DNA of 33,758 nucleotides from Verrucomicrobiota bacterium (GTDB lineage: Bacteria > Verrucomicrobiota > Verrucomicrobiia > Limisphaerales > UBA9464), in assembly GCA_046090125.1 (NCBI GenBank), contig JBJSZF010000199.1, forward strand, positions 1 to 33,758, given 5' to 3'. Below, one piece after another: positions 28,072 to 33,758 of the stretch; the first letter of the stretch is position 1; each line of letters starts with the position of its first letter. The notes beneath the pieces were generated by a model, which made no database searches, had not been told where the DNA came from, and worked only from the letters and a program-made list of their open reading frames with translations. The position numbers and the translations under genes were made by a program.

Positions 28072-29901
28072 CTATCGCTGGCTGGGCCCGTAGAAGCGGA
28101 AGTGCATCCCCTGGCCATCCGTCACGCCGGAGAACACGGCGATCCCAAAGTGCTTCGAGATCTTCGCGTATTCGGGCAGCAGCTTGAAGTCGAACATCTG
28201 CGCCCAGTCGGCCGCGCCGCCGTCGCCCATGAGGTTGGCGAGGCCACCGGTGCGAAGGAACTCCCACTGGGACCGCATGGTCTCGCGTTGGTTCTCATAC
28301 CCGAAGACGCCGGTGCCGAAGCCACCAACCTTTTCGGCGGCGCGGGTGATGGCGGGGTCGTCGCGCAGGGACTTGGCGGGGGATTCCGAGGACCGGATGA
28401 CTTCCTCGATCAGGGAGGGCGTGGAGCTGAAGACGGCGTAGCCCGAGGCGGAGGCCATCTCCATCTTGCCGCCCTTGCCACCGGGGCCTGCCGGGGTGCG
28501 CATGGACCGGATCTTCTTCCCGTTGAACTCGCGATCCTTGCTGTCGTCGCCGCCACCACCACCGCCCCCGATGGCTCCCAGGGCGCCGGCCGCCATCTTG
28601 ACGCCACCGGTGAGGTTGTCGGGGCTGGGCGAGGCGAGAAGCATGACGGAAGGCGGGTTGGCGAGGTCCTCCATGGACGACCCAGCGGGAGCCTTGCCAT
28701 AGGAGATGATGTCGTCGCCGAGGTTGCCGACGACGTTCTTCTTGAGGTCGAAGTTGGGGTCCTTGTCCTTGCCGGCCTGGGCGACCATGAGCTGAACGAA
28801 GCCATTCAACTGCGGCGACACGGCGGCCAGGGTTTCCTCGAGCGTGGCCCACATCTTTTGGCCATCGAGCCGCCAGCGCTGGAACTTCACGGCGTCGGCC
28901 GGGATGAAGGGCAACGGGCCGGCATCCTTGCTGGACGCGGCCAGCATCTTGAACAGGCCCACGCGCTGCGACTCGGGGATGGAGAAGCTCAGCGCGCCGC
29001 CGTCGCCGTCGGCCCCGGGCGTCCAGGCCATGGCCACGGTCTTGAGGCCTTCGAGCCCGACCGCCTTCAACGCGGCCTTGGGATCCACGCCCATGGCGTC
29101 GGCCCCCTCCGCCCCGGCCGCCGCCTGGGAGAGGGCCTTGTACATGGGCACGAAGTGAATCCAACCAAACGCGGCGGCGTTGCGGAACCACGCGGCCTCG
29201 TTGGCTTGGAACGTGGGTTCCTCGGCGAGGCTTTCGGAGGTGCCGCCGCTGACGCGCGCGACGACCTTCTCGAGGGTCTTGGTGGAGCTGGCGACGACGA
29301 GGGCGGAGTCGAGCTGCCCGAAGTAAACGGTCTCTTGGTTGGGCTTGGCAGCGGCGTCCGCACCCGGCTTCTTCTCGTCCTCGTCCTCGTCCTTGGGCAT
29401 GTCGATGGCGATGGAGGAGAACTCCACGTCCCGGACCTTCTCCGTCTTCAACGGCTTCTTGGCGTCGGCCAGCTTGCGCCGGACCTCCGCGAGCCGCGCC
29501 TTGAGTTCGTCGGACTTGTCCTTGGCATCGAGGACGATCACCAGGCCGGGCTCGGTGTCGGGATCGCCCTTCCATCCGTCCTGCACGATGGCGAGCGTCA
29601 TCTGGCCCTGCGCGAGGGCGGTGTAGTCCGAGAGCTTGATCCCGAGGTCCTTCTCGAGGGCACCCGCGACCTTCTCGAAGAACTTCCTCTCGAAGTTGTC
29701 CCGAAAAGCCTTCATGGCGGGGTCGGCCCACAAGCGGCCGGAGCCGGAAGCGGACATGCTTTGGGACGCCTTGGACCAGTCGGGCACGGTGAACACGGCC
29801 AGCGTGTCCTTGGGCAGGAGACGGGACGGCACGGGCAAGGCGGCGGAGGCGGAGGCGGCCAGCAGCGCAAGGAGGGCCGAGAGACAATGCGAACGATTCA
29901 T
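28072..29901 (-). CDS. Secreted hypothetical protein (possibly DUF3352-like)
   Basis: Signal peptide, then SRLLPKDTLAVFTVPD. About 610 aa with strong codon bias. Followed by a terminator. Confidence 0.75.
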   Translation of the reverse strand: MNRSHCLSALLALLAASASAALPVPSRLLPKDTLAVFTVPDWSKASQSMSASGSGRLWADPAMKAFRDNFERKFFEKVAGALEKDLGIKLSDYTALAQGQMTLAIVQDGWKGDPDTEPGLVIVLDAKDKSDELKARLAEVRRKLADAKKPLKTEKVRDVEFSSIAIDMPKDEDEDEKKPGADAAAKPNQETVYFGQLDSALVVASSTKTLEKVVARVSGGTSESLAEEPTFQANEAAWFRNAAAFGWIHFVPMYKALSQAAAGAEGADAMGVDPKAALKAVGLEGLKTVAMAWTPGADGDGGALSFSIPESQRVGLFKMLAASSKDAGPLPFIPADAVKFQRWRLDGQKMWATLEETLAAVSPQLNGFVQLMVAQAGKDKDPNFDLKKNVVGNLGDDIISYGKAPAGSSMEDLANPPSVMLLASPSPDNLTGGVKMAAGALGAIGGGGGGGDDSKDREFNGKKIRSMRTPAGPGGKGGKMEMASASGYAVFSSTPSLIEEVIRSSESPAKSLRDDPAITRAAEKVGGFGTGVFGYENQRETMRSQWEFLRTGGLANLMGDGGAADWAQMFDFKLLPEYAKISKHFGIAVFSGVTDGQGMHFRFYGPSQR

Positions 29902-30172
29902 GCAGGTGAGAACCCGGCGGGGGCGCGCTCGTTTCACCCGAAATGACCGTTGCCCCGTGCCAAGCCTTTGGACAAGGGACGTTAGGACGTGGCCAATGGC
30001 AAGTGGCATCCCCGGGCGTCGTGCCATGCCGCGGATTCCAGGGCGGTCGATGACCCCAGAGCGGGAAGCGGAGCGATCCCGCAGGGCGAGAGCACGGGGG
30101 CGAGGCCGGGGACGCCCGCGCGGCGCACGGATTGACCGGCGGGCAGGTCGGTGGTTCCTTGGCCGTCACGAT

Positions 30173-31912
30173 ATGAAGCGCTTTCTTCGGGCTTGGGCGT
30201 GCGTGGCAATGGCGGCGGGCGCGGCCTGGGCCCAAAAAATCCCGGTTGTCGAGAAGACCCTTCCCAACGGCTTCAGGCTCCTCCTCGTCGAACGCCACGA
30301 CGAGCCGCGGATCGCGGGCGGGTGGGTGGCCCATGTGGGCTCCGCCAACGAGCGCCCGGGCATCACGGGCATCGCGCACCTCTTTGAGCACATGATGTTC
30401 AAGGGGACGCCCACCCTCGGGACCAAGGATGCCTCGCGGGACCTCGCCATCATCGCCGAGCAGGAAACGCTGCGCGATGGCATGCGCGCGGAGGAGGCGA
30501 AGATGCGCGCCGCGCTGCGGCGGGGAGACGTGGAGGACATCACGCGGCCCGAGGCGCGCACGGAGCGCTACCGGGAGCTCGAGGAGCAGTTCAAGAAGCT
30601 GGTGGAAGAGCAACGCGGGCTCCTCGTGAAGAACGAGTTCGACCGCATCTACACCACGGCCGGTGCGACCAAGATGAACGCCTTCACCACGGAGGACATG
30701 ACCGGCTACTTCATCGAGGTGCCCTCCAACAAGCTGGAGCTGTGGTGCTGGATGGAGAGCGAGCGCCTCCTCCGCCCCGTCTTCCGCGAGTTCTACGCCG
30801 AGCGCGACGTCGTCTTCGAGGAGCGTCGCATGCGCACCGAGTCCACCCCCACGGGCAAGTTCTACGAGCAGTTCAACGCCATGTTCTGGGACGCCCACCC
30901 GTACCATTGGCCCGTCATCGGCTGGCCCAGCGACATCCCCGCCATCACCAAGCGCCAAGCCGACGAGTTCTACTCCCTCTATTACCAGCCCCAGAACATC
31001 ACCCTCCTCCTCGTCGGCGACTTCAAGCCCGCCGACGCCGAGGCCATGGTCGCGCGCTACTTCGGGCGCATCCCCAAGGGCTCCCAGCCCCCGCCCGAGG
31101 TCACCACGCTCGAAATCCAGTCCATCGCCGAGAAACGCTACAACGCCGAGGCCGAGACCAACCCCCAGGTCGATGCCATGTGGCGCACCGTCGCCTTCGG
31201 CCACAAGGATTCCTACGCCCTCGAAGTGCTGGAGCAGCTCCTCAACGGCCGCACCGGTCGCCTCTACAAGGGCCTCGTCCTTGGCAGCAAGGTTGCCACC
31301 GACGCCAGCGCCTTCCATGCCGCCAAGAAATGGGCTGGCTTCTTCGATCTCTCCGCCGAGGTCCGCGACGGCCAATCCCTCGAGGACGTCGAGAAGGCCC
31401 TCTACGTGGAACTCGACAAGCTCGCCCGGGAACCCGTCCCCGCCGAGGAACTCCAGAAGGTGAAGAACAACTTCGCCGCAGCCGAGTACCGGCGCCTCAC
31501 CTCCACCTTCGGCATCCTGTATCAGCTCATCCAAGCCGAGGGCCTGGGTGACTGGTCCGAGATCAACAACGCCGGGGCCAAGTTCCAGGCCGTCACCGCC
31601 GCCGACGTCCAGCGCGTCGTCCGCAAGTACTTCACCCCGGAAAACCGCGCCGTCGCCCGCTACACCCGCAAGGCCGGCACGGGAGCCTCCGACGAGGACC
31701 CCGACCTCGCCGGCCTTTCGGGCGACCAAAAGCCCATGGTCCGCCAGCTCGCCGGGCGCATCCGCGACATGAAGGACGTCGCCCAGCTCAAGGGCATGTT
31801 GTCCGCCATGCAGGCCCAGGGGGCCGGCGGCGACCCCAAGCGCCAGCAGGTCCAGAAGATCATCGTCCGCAAGGTCGAGGCCCGCATCGCCGAGCTCGAA
31901 AAGAAGCCCTGA
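30173..31912 (+). CDS. M16 (pitrilysin) zinc peptidase, catalytic subunit
   Basis: Signal peptide. GSANERPGITGIAHLFEHMMFKGT (HxxEH), NAFT, ERDVVFEERRMR, HPYHWPVIGW. Confidence 0.95.
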   Translation: MKRFLRAWACVAMAAGAAWAQKIPVVEKTLPNGFRLLLVERHDEPRIAGGWVAHVGSANERPGITGIAHLFEHMMFKGTPTLGTKDASRDLAIIAEQETLRDGMRAEEAKMRAALRRGDVEDITRPEARTERYRELEEQFKKLVEEQRGLLVKNEFDRIYTTAGATKMNAFTTEDMTGYFIEVPSNKLELWCWMESERLLRPVFREFYAERDVVFEERRMRTESTPTGKFYEQFNAMFWDAHPYHWPVIGWPSDIPAITKRQADEFYSLYYQPQNITLLLVGDFKPADAEAMVARYFGRIPKGSQPPPEVTTLEIQSIAEKRYNAEAETNPQVDAMWRTVAFGHKDSYALEVLEQLLNGRTGRLYKGLVLGSKVATDASAFHAAKKWAGFFDLSAEVRDGQSLEDVEKALYVELDKLAREPVPAEELQKVKNNFAAAEYRRLTSTFGILYQLIQAEGLGDWSEINNAGAKFQAVTAADVQRVVRKYFTPENRAVARYTRKAGTGASDEDPDLAGLSGDQKPMVRQLAGRIRDMKDVAQLKGMLSAMQAQGAGGDPKRQQVQKIIVRKVEARIAELEKKP

Positions 31913-31963
31913 ACCACCCCCAGGAAACCCAAGGCCCCCGCCGAAATCCTCCGCTGTCTTCCC

Positions 31964-33475
31964 ATGAACACGCTCCCCCCTCGCCTCCTCGCCCTCCTCG
32001 CGTCCATCGCGTCCATCGCGTCCCTAGGGTCCATGACGTCCCTCGCCGCCGACGCGATCCCGGACCGCCCGGAGAAGCTGCAGTTCCCCGAGCTGCGCTA
32101 CGAGCCGCCCAACCCCGCCCAACACCGCGTGCCGCTCGCCTCCGGGCCGGTCGCGTACTTGGTTCCGGACCGTTCGCTCCCCTTGGTCACCGTGACCGTT
32201 CTGGTGCGAAGCGGCGCCTATCTGGACCCCGTCGGCAAGGAGGGTTCCGCCGAGTTCACCGCCGGGTTGCTGGTGCGCGGCGGCATTGCATCCAAGACGG
32301 CCGAGCAACTGGAGGAACGCCTTGCCTTTCTCGCCGCCGCGCTTTCCTCCGGGCTCGGCGAGGAAACCGGATCGCCCGTCAGCCTCAACCTCTTGTCCAA
32401 GGACCTGCCGGAGGGCCTCGCCCTCCTTCGCGAGGTCCTCACCGCGCCCCGCTTCCAGGAGGACCGCTTCAACCTCGAGCGCGACCAGGCATTGCAGGGC
32501 ATGAAGCAACGGAACGACGACTCCTCCTCCATCCAGGCCATGGAGGCCCGTCGGCTCGCCTACGGCACCAACTTCCCCGCCGCCCGCGTCCTCACTGCCG
32601 ACGCCCTCAACCGCCTCACCCCCGACGACCTCCGCGCCTTCCATCGGCGCTGGTATCACCCGGCCAACTTCGTCGTCAGCGCCAGCGGCGACTTCGACCG
32701 GGCCGACATGACCGCCCGCCTCGAGAAGCTGTTCGCCGACTGGCCCTTCAAGGGCGACGTCACCCCGCCCATGCCCTCCGACACCCAGATGGCCGCCGGC
32801 GGCGTGTACGTGGTTAACAAGGACGTCAACCAGGGTCGCGTCGCCGTCATGCTTCCCGGCGTGAAGCGCGACGACCCCGACTTCCCCGCCATCACCGTCA
32901 TGAACGACATCCTCGGCGGCGGCGGCTTCACCTCGCGCCTCATGAACCGCGTGCGCTCCGACGAGGGCCTGGCCTACGGCGCCGGCAGCTCGTTCCCGGG
33001 CGGCATTGCCTATGCGCGCGCCTTCCAGGCCGGCCTGAGCACCAAGTCCCGCACCGTCGCCTACGCCACGCGCATCGTCCTCGACGAGATGAACCGGATG
33101 GCCAACCAGCCCGTCACCGACGAGGAACTCAACACGGCCAAGCGTTCCTTCGTCGATTCGTTCCCCGGCAACTTCAACACCGCCTCCAAGGTCGCCTCCC
33201 TGTTCGCCGCCGACGAGCTGACGGGCCGCTTCGCGAAGCAGCCCAACTACTGGTCCCAGTGGCGCTCCCGCATGGAGTCCGTCACCAAGGACGACGTCTC
33301 GCGGGTCGCCAAGAAGCACCTGCACCCGGACAAGGCCGTGATCCTCGTGGTGGGCCAGAAGGAGGAGATCGTGAAGGGACATCCGGACCACCCGGTGAAG
33401 CTCGAGCAACTGGCCTCCGGCAAGGTCACGGAACTCCCCCTGCGCGACCCCCTCACGCAGGAACCGTTGAAGTAG
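31964..33475 (+). CDS. M16 peptidase, non-catalytic partner subunit
   Basis: No HxxEH. Has ILGGGGFTSRLMNRVRSDEGLAY (R/Y motif) and YHPANFVVSASGDF. Signal peptide. Confidence 0.9.
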   Translation: MNTLPPRLLALLASIASIASLGSMTSLAADAIPDRPEKLQFPELRYEPPNPAQHRVPLASGPVAYLVPDRSLPLVTVTVLVRSGAYLDPVGKEGSAEFTAGLLVRGGIASKTAEQLEERLAFLAAALSSGLGEETGSPVSLNLLSKDLPEGLALLREVLTAPRFQEDRFNLERDQALQGMKQRNDDSSSIQAMEARRLAYGTNFPAARVLTADALNRLTPDDLRAFHRRWYHPANFVVSASGDFDRADMTARLEKLFADWPFKGDVTPPMPSDTQMAAGGVYVVNKDVNQGRVAVMLPGVKRDDPDFPAITVMNDILGGGGFTSRLMNRVRSDEGLAYGAGSSFPGGIAYARAFQAGLSTKSRTVAYATRIVLDEMNRMANQPVTDEELNTAKRSFVDSFPGNFNTASKVASLFAADELTGRFAKQPNYWSQWRSRMESVTKDDVSRVAKKHLHPDKAVILVVGQKEEIVKGHPDHPVKLEQLASGKVTELPLRDPLTQEPLK

Positions 33476-33585
33476 GTGGCGCGCCCACGCCCGGCCGCCC
33501 CTCACCTGCGCTGCCAAGGGCCGTGCAGTCCACGTGTTGGAAGGCGCGCTTGAATCCCTCTTCCATCCGAACAAGCTCGGTTGCG

Positions 33586-33758
33586 ATGCGCGACCGCCTT
33601 TCCCGCCTCCTTTTGCCCATGGCCATGGCCATGGCCGTCACGACGCCCGTCGCCATGGCCGCACCGGAGGCCGCCGAGCCGCGCTTCGGGTTCATCGGGC
33701 CCGAAATCTTCCCCGTGGATGCCGGCATCGACTTCCTGCGGTCGGCCGACCTCGACGG
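33586..33758 (+). CDS. FG-GAP/VCBS-repeat secreted protein, truncated at the window edge
   Basis: MRDRLSRLLLPMAMAMAVTTPVAMAAPE...FGFIGPEIFPVDAGIDFLRSADLDG. Signal peptide and the start of an ADxDG repeat. Confidence 0.6.
   Translation, partial: MRDRLSRLLLPMAMAMAVTTPVAMAAPEAAEPRFGFIGPEIFPVDAGIDFLRSADLD

Noticed and set aside
28295-31729. Very long alternative ORFs (1144 aa here; also 8625-11219, 21511-24363, 16-1920, 27871-29946)
   Set aside because: Shadow frames of real high-GC genes. Arg/Gly/Ala-rich with no recognisable motifs.

Overview
High-GC bacterial chromosomal window, most likely Verrucomicrobiota. This is an inference from the C-terminal 'RFYRV' domain, the GGP-rich CotH protein, the ThuA-type protein and the intergenic repeat families. 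It holds about 24 credible CDS. Housekeeping genes are hom, nnr, an NtrC-type regulator, a Zn-ribbon protein, an SDR, an MBL hydrolase and an M16 peptidase pair. There are two divergent tRNAs (Leu-TAG, Gln-TTG) and one frameshifted IS630 with unusual extended ends that truncates a gene. A 645-bp non-coding composite element bounded by a perfect 19-bp inverted repeat is packed with REP-like hairpins. The most notable region is a ~12-kb candidate phosphate-starvation / membrane-lipid-remodelling locus. It encodes a PlcP-type phospholipase, an Agt-like GT4 glycosyltransferase and a large secreted phytase-like/5'-nucleotidase fusion. It also encodes an uncharacterised module (Mpo1/DUF962-like membrane enzyme, class-III aminotransferase, Psd-type decarboxylase, membrane lipase-like protein) that may make an undescribed lipid. 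All family calls are by motif recognition; no database searches were run.
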